64,000 bases of DNA. Origin: Escherichia coli. Lineage in GTDB: Bacteria > Pseudomonadota > Gammaproteobacteria > Enterobacterales > Enterobacteriaceae. Under the pieces are notes generated by a model. That model worked only from the letters and a program-made list of their open reading frames with translations. It ran no database searches and had not been told where the DNA came from. Each line of letters opens with the position of its first letter. Within the stretch, counting starts at the first letter, position 1. The DNA lies in assembly GCF_002854065.1 (NCBI RefSeq), contig NZ_CP024147.1; one strand, written 5' to 3'. Below, piece after piece: positions 11,144 through 20,266 of the stretch. Position numbers and translations under genes: made by a program.

Positions 11144-13342
11144 ATGTCGACTCCTGACAATCACGGCAAGAAAGCCCCTCAATTTGCTGCGTTCAAACCG
11201 CTAACCACGGTACAGAACGCCAACGACTGTTGCTGCGACGGCGCATGTTCCAGCACGCCAACGCTCTCTGAAAACGTCTCCGGCACCCGCTATAGCTGGA
11301 AAGTCAGCGGCATGGACTGCGCCGCCTGTGCGCGCAAGGTAGAAAATGCCGTGCGCCAGCTTGCAGGCGTGAATCAGGTGCAGGTACTGTTCGCCACCGA
11401 AAAACTGGTGGTCGATGCCGACAATGACATCCGTGCACAAGTTGAATCTGCGGTGCAAAAAGCGGGCTATTCCCTGCGCGATGAACAGTCCGCCGAAGAA
11501 CCGCAAGCATCACGCCTGAAAGAGAATTTGTCGCTGATTACGCTAATCGTGATGATGGTAATCAGCTGGGGTCTGGAGCAGTTCAATCATCCGTTTGGGC
11601 AACTGGCGTTTATCGCGACCACGCTGGTTGGGCTGTACCCGATTGCTCGTCAGGCATTACGGCTGATCAAATCAGGCAGTTACTTCGCCATTGAAACGTT
11701 AATGAGCGTAGCTGCTATTGGTGCGCTGTTTATTGGCGCAACGGCTGAAGCTGCGATGGTGTTGCTGCTGTTTTTGATTGGTGAACGACTGGAAGGCTGG
11801 GCCGCCAGCCGCGCGCGTCAGGGCGTTAGCGCGTTAATGGCGCTGAAACCAGAAACCGCCACGCGCCTGCGTAACGGTGAGCGGGAAGAGGTGGCGATTA
11901 ACAGCCTGCGCCCTGGCGATGTGATTGAAGTCGCCGCAGGTGGACGTTTGCCTGCCGACGGTAAACTGCTCTCACCGTTTGCCAGTTTTGATGAAAGCGC
12001 CCTGACCGGCGAATCCATTCCGGTGGAGCGCGCAACGGGCGATAAAGTCCCTGCTGGTGCCACCAGCGTAGACCGTCTGGTGACGTTGGAAGTATTGTCA
12101 GAACCGGGAGCCAGCGCCATTGACCGGATTCTGAAACTGATCGAAGAAGCCGAAGAGCGTCGCGCTCCCATTGAGCGGTTTATCGACCGTTTCAGCCGTA
12201 TTTACACGCCAGCGATTATGGCCGTCGCCCTGCTGGTAACGCTGGTGCCGCCGCTGCTGTTTGCCGCCAGCTGGCAAGAGTGGATTTATAAAGGCCTGAC
12301 GCTGCTGCTGATTGGCTGCCCATGTGCGTTAGTTATCTCCACGCCCGCGGCGATTACCTCCGGGCTGGCAGCAGCGGCACGTCGTGGGGCGTTAATTAAA
12401 GGCGGTGCGGCGCTGGAGCAGCTAGGTCGTGTTACCCAGGTGGCGTTTGATAAAACCGGTACGCTGACCGTCGGTAAACCGCGCGTTACCGCGATTCATC
12501 CGGCAACGGGTATTAGTGAATCTGAACTGCTGACACTGGCGGCGGCGGTCGAGCAAGGCGCGACGCATCCACTGGCGCAGGCCATCGTGCGCGAAGCACA
12601 GGTTGCTGCACTCGCCATTCCCGCCGCCGAATCACAGCGGGCGCTGGTCGGGTCTGGCATTGAAGCGCAGGTTAACGGTGAGCGCGTATTGATTTGCGCT
12701 GCCGGGAAACATCCCGCTGATGCATTTGCTGGTTTAATTAACGAACTGGAAAGCGCCGGGCAAACGGTAGTGCTGGTAGTACGTAACGATGACGTGCTTG
12801 GTGTCATTGCGTTACAGGATACCCTGCGCGCCGATGCTGCAACTGCCATCAGTGAACTGAACGCGCTGGGCGTCAAAGGGGTGATCCTCACCGGCGATAA
12901 TCCACGCGCAGCGGCGGCAATTGCCGGGGAGCTGGGGCTGGAGTTTAAAGCGGGCCTGTTGCCGGAAGATAAAGTCAAAGCGGTGACCGAGCTGAATCAA
13001 CATGCGCCGCTGGCGATGGTCGGTGACGGTATTAACGACGCGCCAGCGATGAAAGCTGCCGCCATCGGGATTGCTATGGGTAGCGGCACAGACGTGGCGC
13101 TGGAAACCGCCGACGCAGCATTAACCCATAACCACCTGCGCGGTCTGGTGCAAATGATTGAACTGGCACGTGCAACTCACGCCAATATCCGCCAGAACAT
13201 CACTATTGCGCTGGGGCTGAAAGGGATCTTCCTCGTCACCACGCTGTTAGGAATGACCGGACTATGGCTGGCGGTGCTGGCAGATACGGGTGCGACGGTG
13301 CTGGTGACAGCGAATGCGTTAAGATTGTTGCGCAGGAGATAA
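11144..13342 (+). CDS. zntA: Zn(II)/Cd(II)/Pb(II)-translocating P1B-type ATPase ZntA
   Basis: 732 aa; N-terminal metal-binding GMDCAACARKVE, CPC transmembrane motif, DKTGTLT phosphorylation site, GDGINDAP hinge. Confidence 0.97.
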   Translation: MSTPDNHGKKAPQFAAFKPLTTVQNANDCCCDGACSSTPTLSENVSGTRYSWKVSGMDCAACARKVENAVRQLAGVNQVQVLFATEKLVVDADNDIRAQVESAVQKAGYSLRDEQSAEEPQASRLKENLSLITLIVMMVISWGLEQFNHPFGQLAFIATTLVGLYPIARQALRLIKSGSYFAIETLMSVAAIGALFIGATAEAAMVLLLFLIGERLEGWAASRARQGVSALMALKPETATRLRNGEREEVAINSLRPGDVIEVAAGGRLPADGKLLSPFASFDESALTGESIPVERATGDKVPAGATSVDRLVTLEVLSEPGASAIDRILKLIEEAEERRAPIERFIDRFSRIYTPAIMAVALLVTLVPPLLFAASWQEWIYKGLTLLLIGCPCALVISTPAAITSGLAAAARRGALIKGGAALEQLGRVTQVAFDKTGTLTVGKPRVTAIHPATGISESELLTLAAAVEQGATHPLAQAIVREAQVAALAIPAAESQRALVGSGIEAQVNGERVLICAAGKHPADAFAGLINELESAGQTVVLVVRNDDVLGVIALQDTLRADAATAISELNALGVKGVILTGDNPRAAAAIAGELGLEFKAGLLPEDKVKAVTELNQHAPLAMVGDGINDAPAMKAAAIGIAMGSGTDVALETADAALTHNHLRGLVQMIELARATHANIRQNITIALGLKGIFLVTTLLGMTGLWLAVLADTGATVLVTANALRLLRRR

Positions 13343-13347
13343 GGCAA

Positions 13348-13425
13348 ACCGATCGCAACATTGAGCGCGATCGGTCCCCTCGCTCCTCTGGGGAGAGGGT
13401 TAGGGTGAGGGGAAAAGGCGGCATC
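13348..13425. terminator. Stem-loop plus G-rich palindromic element between convergent zntA and tusA
   Basis: 8-bp stem ccgatcgc/gcgatcgg directly after zntA stop, followed by cccctcgctcctctggggagagggttagggtgagggg. Confidence 0.4.
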
Positions 13426-13443
13426 GAAGCCAATCTGCCCCCA

Positions 13444-13689
13444 TCAACCACCTTTACGAATCAAATAACGATAAGGCAGTCCATCCGTCTCTTTGGCAAC
13501 CAGTTCGTGTTCCATAAAGGTACAAAACCCAGGGATATCGCGGGTCGTCGCCGGATCGTCAGCAATAATCAGCAACGTTTCACCTGGCTGCATATTGCGC
13601 ACTGTTTTGCGCACCATCATTACTGGTTCCGGGCAGCGCAGGCCAAGTGCGTCGAGTGTGTGGTCAGGGCTGGAAAAGAGATCGGTCAT
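13444..13689 (-). CDS. tusA: Sulfur carrier protein TusA
   Basis: 81 aa, [33 protein letters not shown]..., conserved CPxP motif. Confidence 0.95.
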
Positions 13690-13867
13690 TTTCTTCTCAT
13701 CACATAAAAAAACGGCGCTAGTTTACGCCCTGTGAGTCCGTAAGCAAACCAGGTTAACGATTGCGTAAAAATTAACCATTGCATTGTCAACGTAAAGCAG
13801 TATCATGCGGCGGCTCGAAAAAAGGGTAAGCACGTTATTATGTTAAGGTAACAGACGTGTCGTACGT

Positions 13868-13904
13868 ATTGGGTTCCCTCACCCCAATGGTTAATCAAAA
13901 AGGT
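13868..13904 (+). ncRNA. Candidate preQ1-I riboswitch aptamer in the yhhQ 5' leader
   Basis: UUGGG-UUCCCUCAC-CCCAA-UGGUUAAUCAAAAAGG: 5-bp P1 stem, C immediately 5' of the P1 3' strand, A-rich tail ending in AAGG that doubles as the yhhQ SD; near-collinear with the Thermoanaerobacter preQ1-I aptamer as I recall it (CUGGGUCGCAGUAACCCCAGUUAACAAAACAAGG). Confidence 0.45.
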
Positions 13905-13909
13905 ACAAT

Positions 13910-14575
13910 ATGAACGTTTTCTCGCAAACTCAACGCTATAAAGCGTTGTTCTGGTTATCGTTATTTCATCTGCTGGTGATCACCTCCAGTAACTATCTGG
14001 TTCAGCTTCCCGTCTCCATTTTTGGTTTCCATACCACCTGGGGCGCGTTTAGCTTTCCGTTTATCTTTCTCGCTACCGACCTGACCGTACGTATTTTTGG
14101 CGCACCGCTGGCCCGTCGTATCATCTTTGCGGTGATGATCCCGGCATTGCTGATCTCCTACGTCATCTCGTCGCTATTCTATATGGGTTCATGGCAGGGA
14201 TTCGGCGCACTCGCCCACTTCAACCTGTTTGTCGCCCGTATCGCCACCGCCAGTTTCATGGCCTACGCGCTGGGACAGATCCTCGACGTGCACGTTTTTA
14301 ACCGCCTGCGTCAGAGTCGCCGCTGGTGGCTGGCACCGACAGCGTCCACACTGTTCGGTAACGTCAGCGACACGCTGGCCTTTTTCTTCATTGCCTTCTG
14401 GCGTAGCCCGGATGCCTTTATGGCTGAACACTGGATGGAAATCGCGCTGGTCGATTACTGTTTCAAAGTGTTAATCAGTATCGTTTTCTTCCTGCCAATG
14501 TATGGCGTATTACTCAATATGCTGTTGAAAAGACTGGCAGATAAATCCGAAATCAACGCTTTGCAGGCGAGTTAA
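13910..14575 (+). CDS. yhhQ: Queuosine-precursor (preQ0/preQ1) transporter YhhQ, COG1738
   Basis: 221-aa membrane ORF MNVFSQTQRYKALFWLSLFHLLVITSSNYLVQLPV... Confidence 0.95.
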   Translation: MNVFSQTQRYKALFWLSLFHLLVITSSNYLVQLPVSIFGFHTTWGAFSFPFIFLATDLTVRIFGAPLARRIIFAVMIPALLISYVISSLFYMGSWQGFGALAHFNLFVARIATASFMAYALGQILDVHVFNRLRQSRRWWLAPTASTLFGNVSDTLAFFFIAFWRSPDAFMAEHWMEIALVDYCFKVLISIVFFLPMYGVLLNMLLKRLADKSEINALQAS

Positions 14576-14647
14576 AGGTTCGTTATCAGAGTTGTGATAA
14601 GATGGATGAATGAGCCGTTATGGCCGTTTATCGAAAGGAAGAAGTCA

Positions 14648-15205
14648 ATGCGCAATCTGGTTAAATATGTCGGAATTGGCCTGCTGGTTATGGGGCTTGC
14701 GGCCTGTGATGATAAAGACACTAACGCTACGGCGCAGGGTTCGGTCGCGGAAAGTAACGCTACCGGGAATCCCGTCAACCTGCTTGATGGCAAGTTAAGT
14801 TTCTCGCTGCCAGCGGATATGACCGACCAGAGCGGTAAGCTGGGAACGCAGGCCAATAACATGCATGTCTGGTCCGACGCCACCGGTCAGAAAGCAGTCA
14901 TCGTCATCATGGGCGATGATCCGAAAGAAGATCTGGCGGTGCTGGCGAAGCGTCTGGAAGATCAGCAACGTAGCCGCGATCCGCAGCTGCAAGTGGTAAC
15001 CAATAAAGCCATTGAGCTGAAAGGTCACAAAATGCAGCAGTTAGACAGTATTATCTCCGCGAAAGGCCAGACGGCGTACTCTTCCGTTATTCTGGGTAAC
15101 GTGGGTAATCAACTGCTAACCATGCAAATTACGCTGCCAGCTGACGATCAGCAAAAAGCGCAGACAACCGCAGAAAACATCATTAATACGCTGGTTATTC
15201 AGTAA
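14648..15205 (+). CDS. dcrB: Periplasmic lipoprotein DcrB
   Basis: ORF 14594..15205 trimmed to [22 protein letters not shown] (lipobox), 185 aa. Confidence 0.85.
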
Positions 15206-15208
15206 GTT

Positions 15209-16426
15209 TTAAGATGATGAGGCGGCCTCAGGGACGTGTTCCGGAGGCCGTTTTTTTAATCGCCACGTCAGTAATAACGCGATTGCGACCAGTCCCGCCG
15301 CCGCCAGATAAATCACCGGTACGCCCGCCCAGCTCATCACCAGCCCAGCCAGTGGTCCGGTCACGCCAAGCGATAAATCCATAAATACGGTGTAAGTTGC
15401 CAGCGCCGCCCCCTGATTTTGCTGCGGAACCGCTTTTACCGCCACTACACCCAATGCCGGGAACACCAGCGAAAACCCGGCCCCCGCCAGTAAGACGCCG
15501 ATTTTCGCCATCCACGGCATAGTCGCCACGCCAACCAGTAGCAGGCCGATTATCTCAACGCTAAAGCAAATCATCGCTACGTTTAAGCCGCCGATACGGT
15601 TAATGCCGTTAGGGAATAACAAACGCGTACCGACAAACGCACAGCTAAACAGCGTCAGCGCGAAAGCCGCACCGTCCCAACCTTTAGCGTCATAAAACAG
15701 CGTGATAAAGGTGGCGATGACGCCAAATCCGGCGGAAGCCAACGCCAGCGCCATACCGTATAGCCAGACGCGCCCAAGCACCGCGCGAAACGGCAGCGGT
15801 TTGCCTTTACTGGCTTTTACCGTCGGACGCGGGATCGCCAACAAAATGGCCACCAGCGCCACGGCCATAATGATTAACGCTAACGCCTGCAAGCCGCCCC
15901 AGTGATAAAACACGACACCTAACGGCGCACCCATCGCCATCGCCCCATAAGTGACAATACCGTTCCACGAAATCACCCGTCCGATATGCAGCGAGCCAAC
16001 CACGCCAACGCCCCACAGGGTCGATCCCGTTCCGGCAAAACTTTGCCCAATCCCAAGGATGACGCGTCCCAGGCAAAGTAATAACAGGCTGATGACGGGC
16101 AGACTGGCGGTTAATCCTGCCGTCAGATATCCCAGACCGCTCAAAAAGCAGCCGCATAAACCGAAGACGACAATCTTTTTGGGGCCCAGCAAATCGGCGT
16201 AACGTCCGGCATGAGGACGGCTCAGCAAGGTGGCAAAATATTGCAGGCTGATAACCAATCCTGCCCAGAAAGCGCTAAAGCCCATCACATCATGGACATA
16301 GCCCGGTAATACAGCGAGCGGCAACCCGATGGTGAGGTAGCTGGCGAAGTTAAACATGACAATGGAGACAATGCGCAAATTCAGGCGCAATCCGTTTAGC
16401 GCGGGTTCGGCTACGGGTTCGGGCAT
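15209..16426 (-). CDS. yhhS: MFS transporter YhhS
   Basis: ORF 15209..16468 trimmed to MPEPVAEPALNGLRLNLRIVSIVMFNF... (405 aa), 12-TM MFS-like. Confidence 0.85.
   Translation of the reverse strand: MPEPVAEPALNGLRLNLRIVSIVMFNFASYLTIGLPLAVLPGYVHDVMGFSAFWAGLVISLQYFATLLSRPHAGRYADLLGPKKIVVFGLCGCFLSGLGYLTAGLTASLPVISLLLLCLGRVILGIGQSFAGTGSTLWGVGVVGSLHIGRVISWNGIVTYGAMAMGAPLGVVFYHWGGLQALALIIMAVALVAILLAIPRPTVKASKGKPLPFRAVLGRVWLYGMALALASAGFGVIATFITLFYDAKGWDGAAFALTLFSCAFVGTRLLFPNGINRIGGLNVAMICFSVEIIGLLLVGVATMPWMAKIGVLLAGAGFSLVFPALGVVAVKAVPQQNQGAALATYTVFMDLSLGVTGPLAGLVMSWAGVPVIYLAAAGLVAIALLLTWRLKKRPPEHVPEAASSS
15224..15262 (+). terminator. Intrinsic terminator of dcrB (overlaps yhhS 3' end on the other strand)
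   Basis: gaggcggcctc...ggaggccg stem followed by ttttttt. Confidence 0.55.
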
Positions 16427-16557
16427 GAGGATCACCACATTTTTACAACAGTGTTTCATTTTTACCACGTGCTGACGTGAAAATCAGCAGTAAGAATCAG
16501 AATATTGCTGGCGTGACTCCCGCTACACTTAATACAAAAAGTCACAAGGAAGCCCCA

Positions 16558-17607
16558 ATGGAAACCCCTCAACCCGATAAAACGGGCATGCACATTCTGC
16601 TCAAGCTGGCCTCGCTGGTAGTGATCCTGGCGGGCATTCACGCAGCGGCAGATATCATTGTGCAGCTGTTACTGGCGCTGTTTTTTGCCATCGTCCTCAA
16701 CCCGCTCGTCACCTGGTTTATTCGTCGGGGAGTACAACGCCCCGTTGCCATTACGATTGTAGTGGTGGTGATGCTGATCGCACTAACCGCGCTGGTCGGC
16801 GTACTGGCGGCATCGTTTAACGAATTTATCTCTATGCTGCCGAAGTTTAATAAGGAGCTGACGCGCAAACTTTTTAAATTGCAGGAGATGTTGCCTTTTC
16901 TTAATTTGCATATGTCGCCGGAGCGAATGCTGCAGCGGATGGACTCGGAAAAAGTGGTTACCTTCACCACGGCGCTAATGACCGGGCTTTCCGGGGCAAT
17001 GGCGAGCGTGCTTTTGCTGGTGATGACCGTAGTTTTTATGCTGTTTGAAGTGCGCCACGTCCCTTACAAAATGCGTTTTGCGCTGAATAACCCACAGATT
17101 CACATCGCAGGATTACACCGCGCACTTAAAGGCGTTTCGCATTATCTGGCGTTAAAGACGCTACTCAGTTTATGGACAGGTGTCATCGTCTGGCTGGGGC
17201 TGGAGCTGATGGGGGTGCAGTTTGCGCTGATGTGGGCAGTACTGGCGTTTTTGCTTAACTACGTGCCCAATATCGGCGCGGTAATTTCCGCCGTACCGCC
17301 AATGATTCAGGTGCTGCTGTTTAATGGTATTTACGAATGTATTCTGGTCGGCGCATTGTTTTTAGTTGTCCATATGGTCATCGGCAATATTTTAGAGCCA
17401 CGGATGATGGGCCATCGCCTGGGGATGTCCACCATGGTGGTATTTCTTTCATTGTTAATTTGGGGATGGCTGCTCGGCCCGGTAGGGATGCTACTTTCGG
17501 TGCCATTAACCAGCGTGTGTAAAATCTGGATGGAAACGACGAAAGGCGGTAGCAAACTGGCGATTTTACTGGGGCCGGGCAGACCGAAAAGTCGGTTACC
17601 GGGTTAA
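16558..17607 (+). CDS. yhhT: AI-2E/PerM-family inner membrane transporter YhhT
   Basis: ORF 16477..17607 trimmed to METPQPDKTGMHILLKLASL... (349 aa). Confidence 0.85.
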   Translation: METPQPDKTGMHILLKLASLVVILAGIHAAADIIVQLLLALFFAIVLNPLVTWFIRRGVQRPVAITIVVVVMLIALTALVGVLAASFNEFISMLPKFNKELTRKLFKLQEMLPFLNLHMSPERMLQRMDSEKVVTFTTALMTGLSGAMASVLLLVMTVVFMLFEVRHVPYKMRFALNNPQIHIAGLHRALKGVSHYLALKTLLSLWTGVIVWLGLELMGVQFALMWAVLAFLLNYVPNIGAVISAVPPMIQVLLFNGIYECILVGALFLVVHMVIGNILEPRMMGHRLGMSTMVVFLSLLIWGWLLGPVGMLLSVPLTSVCKIWMETTKGGSKLAILLGPGRPKSRLPG

Positions 17608-17624
17608 TAGCACCTCCTGAGCAG

Positions 17625-17665
17625 GCAATGGCCACCGTTTATCTAACAGTGGCCATTTGATTTGA
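17625..17665 (+). terminator. Hairpin downstream of yhhT (possible terminator) at the edge of the AT-rich junction
   Basis: aatggccac...gtggccatt inverted repeat followed by tttgattt. Confidence 0.4.
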
Positions 17666-17986
17666 GGAAATGATGAAACATTATTCAGAAAATTAATTTA
17701 AAAAAACCATTCCTTAAGTCAAATATATATAAACGCCGAATAGCGATTAAATCCTTCTCAAAGAATGCACTGATAACATTGTGTTATTTTTATTGCCTCA
17801 TTTTTCTCACTCACTTATAGTTGGTCCCTGCTGGCAGTAATTTAGTCATTTCAGAGATTTTTACTCTGATGTGCACTTACTGACTTATCTCACAAGTAAT
17901 TTTTTCTCTAAATAAAGAATAGTGATGCCAGCAATTACAGTTAAATCTTGCTTTACTCGTAAAAACAATACTTTAATGGGGTTCTA

Positions 17987-18376
17987 ATGAGACATTACAT
18001 GAAGTGGTTTGCGGCTATTGCTGTTGTGGGTGCTTTAGCAGGTTGCGCGCGTACTGCGCCAATTGATCAGGTTCACTCAACCGTCAGCGCTGGTCATACC
18101 CAGGAACAAGTGAAAAAAGCGATTCTGAAAGCTGGCGTTGAACGCAAATGGATTATGTCCGAAGCCGGACAAGGCATAATTAAAGCACGTCAACAGTCAC
18201 GCGATCATTCAGCGGAAATACGCATTAACTACACGGCATCCAGCTACGATATCAATTATGAAAATAGCCAGAACCTACAAGCGTCAGGCGGACAAATTCA
18301 TAAAAACTACAATCGCTGGGTCCGCAATCTCGACAAAGATATTCAACTGAATTTGTCAGCGGGCGCAGATTTATAA
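17987..18376 (+). CDS. Putative lipoprotein of unknown function; first ORF of the accessory insert
   Basis: 129-aa ORF with signal peptide and lipobox (VGALAGC); preceded by GGGG RBS; alternative start 12 nt downstream (MKWFAA...). Confidence 0.5.
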   Translation: MRHYMKWFAAIAVVGALAGCARTAPIDQVHSTVSAGHTQEQVKKAILKAGVERKWIMSEAGQGIIKARQQSRDHSAEIRINYTASSYDINYENSQNLQASGGQIHKNYNRWVRNLDKDIQLNLSAGADL

Positions 18377-18435
18377 TTCTTCCTAAAGTCGGGCCGTTGC
18401 GGTCCGATAATAATTTAATTCCCTCTTAACAGGTT

Positions 18436-19503
18436 GTGCCCAACATGTACGAACAGGATTCTCTTAGCGCACTGGATGCGATTACCGAAGCTCAACGCAT
18501 TGCCTTTGCCCCTATGCTTTTTCAAACAGCACTCTGCCTACGTAATGCGGGTGTACTTTCATATCTGGATCGGCAAGGCAAACATGGCGCAACGCTGGCT
18601 GATATCACCGAACATAGCCATATCAACGAATATGCTGCCAGCGTTCTGTTAGATATGGGCTTAAGCGGGCGAATTATTACCTGTAAAGAGGGAATTTATT
18701 ACCTGGCGAAAATCGGTCATTACCTCCTGCATGACACTATGACTCGCGTGAATATGGATTTCACCCAGGATGTCTGTTACCAGGGGCTCTTCTTCCTCGC
18801 CGATTCACTCAATGAAGGAAAACCTTCCGGGTTAAAAGTATTTGGCGACTGGTCGACGATATATCCGGCACTTTCGCAATTACCAGACGCCGCTCGTGAA
18901 AGCTGGTTTGCGTTTGATCATTACTATTCAGATGGCGCATTTAACGCCGTACTGCCTTATGTATTCGCCAACAACCCCACAACATTGTACGATGTAGGCG
19001 GCAATACGGGTAAGTGGGCTTTGCGTTGCTGCAAATACAATGAAAACATCGCCGTGACGTTATTAGATCTGCCACAACAAATCGTACTAGCGAAAGAAAA
19101 TATCGCGAATGCAGGTTTTTCTGATCGCATAGATTTCCATGCGGTGGATATGCTAAGCGATGCCCCATTACCGGGCGAGGCTGATATCTGGTGGATGAGC
19201 CAATTTTTAGACTGTTTTTCACCCGAACAAATAATTAGCATACTCAGCAAAATTGCCAGCGTAATGAAGCCTGGCGCAAAAGTTTGCATCATGGAGTTGT
19301 TCTGGGATGCGCAGCGGTTTGAAGCAGCATCGTTTAGCCTGAACGCGTCCTCACTTTATTTTACCTGCATGGCAAACGGTAACAGCCGTTTCTATAGTGC
19401 AGAGAAATTTTACGACTATCTGAATAAAGCAGGATTCCAGGTAGCAGAGCGCCACGATAATTTAGGCGTTGGGCATACACTTTTGATATGCCAAAAGAAA
19501 TAA
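18436..19503 (+). CDS. apeB: SAM-dependent O-methyltransferase (class I), ApeB-like
   Basis: 355-aa ORF with SAM-binding motif YDVGGNTG and LLDLP; track start appears to be GTG, ATG 9 nt downstream (MYEQDSL...). Confidence 0.75.
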   Translation: MPNMYEQDSLSALDAITEAQRIAFAPMLFQTALCLRNAGVLSYLDRQGKHGATLADITEHSHINEYAASVLLDMGLSGRIITCKEGIYYLAKIGHYLLHDTMTRVNMDFTQDVCYQGLFFLADSLNEGKPSGLKVFGDWSTIYPALSQLPDAARESWFAFDHYYSDGAFNAVLPYVFANNPTTLYDVGGNTGKWALRCCKYNENIAVTLLDLPQQIVLAKENIANAGFSDRIDFHAVDMLSDAPLPGEADIWWMSQFLDCFSPEQIISILSKIASVMKPGAKVCIMELFWDAQRFEAASFSLNASSLYFTCMANGNSRFYSAEKFYDYLNKAGFQVAERHDNLGVGHTLLICQKK

Positions 19504-19543
19504 TCGTCACTTAATAATTTTGGTTTACCGCGGGCGCGCGTTG

Positions 19544-20266
19544 ATGAAATTTACATTAAATATTACCGACTGGCAGGCACTGGCGCCTGGACTTAGCGAA
19601 GCGCAGCAATGGCAAGCATGGTCGCGCCAGCCGTGGGCGATTGACCCTGCCGCGCCGTTGGCAAAATTAAGTGAACTGCCAATGATGACCGCCCGCCGCC
19701 TCAGTTCAGGCAGCAAACTGGCTGTTGAATGCGGTCTGGCAATGCTACGCCGCCATCAGCCAGACGCCGTTTTGTATACCAGTCGTCATGGCGAACTGGA
19801 GCGCAATTACCGCATTGTTCATGCACTGGCAACCGAACAGGCGCTTTCTCCGACGGACTTCGCGCTCTCCGTACACAACTCTTCCGTGGGTAACCTGACC
19901 ATTGCGGCCAAACAGCCGATCGTTTCGTCATCGCTTTCGGCTGGTCGCGACACTTTCCAGCAAGGTTTGTGTGAAGTGCTTAGTCTGTTACAGGCGGGCT
20001 ACCAGCGCGTGTTGATGGTCGATTTTGATGGCTTTCTGCCTGAGTTCTATCATCCACAACTGCCCGCAGAAATGCCGACCTGGCCGTACGCCGTCGCGCT
20101 GGTGATTGAAGCTGGCGATGAGTGGCAATGTGGAACGCAGTCAGCCATTGCGGGTAATGAAACAACACTGCCGCAAAGCATGTTGTTTTTACAGCACTAT
20201 TTACAAAATGCGGACACATTTTCACTGCCTGGCGAGCGCGTACAGTGGCGCTGGAGCCGTGGATGA
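19544..20266 (+). CDS. apeC: Ketosynthase-like chain-length-factor protein (KS-beta without active-site Cys), ApeC-like
   Basis: ORF 19520..20266 trimmed to ATG (MKFTLNITDWQ...); KS-like N-terminal fold but SSSLSAG where KS carries the catalytic Cys. Confidence 0.65.
   Translation: MKFTLNITDWQALAPGLSEAQQWQAWSRQPWAIDPAAPLAKLSELPMMTARRLSSGSKLAVECGLAMLRRHQPDAVLYTSRHGELERNYRIVHALATEQALSPTDFALSVHNSSVGNLTIAAKQPIVSSSLSAGRDTFQQGLCEVLSLLQAGYQRVLMVDFDGFLPEFYHPQLPAEMPTWPYAVALVIEAGDEWQCGTQSAIAGNETTLPQSMLFLQHYLQNADTFSLPGERVQWRWSRG

Noticed and set aside
12496-12978. Minus-strand ORFs inside zntA (also 11201..11506, 11818..12171)
   Set aside because: Antisense to a well-supported P-type ATPase frame; Ser/Ala/Pro-rich low-complexity translations.
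17987-18376. Calling the 129-aa lipoprotein apeA
   Set aside because: I do not recall the first gene of characterised APE clusters being a small lipoprotein; left unnamed.
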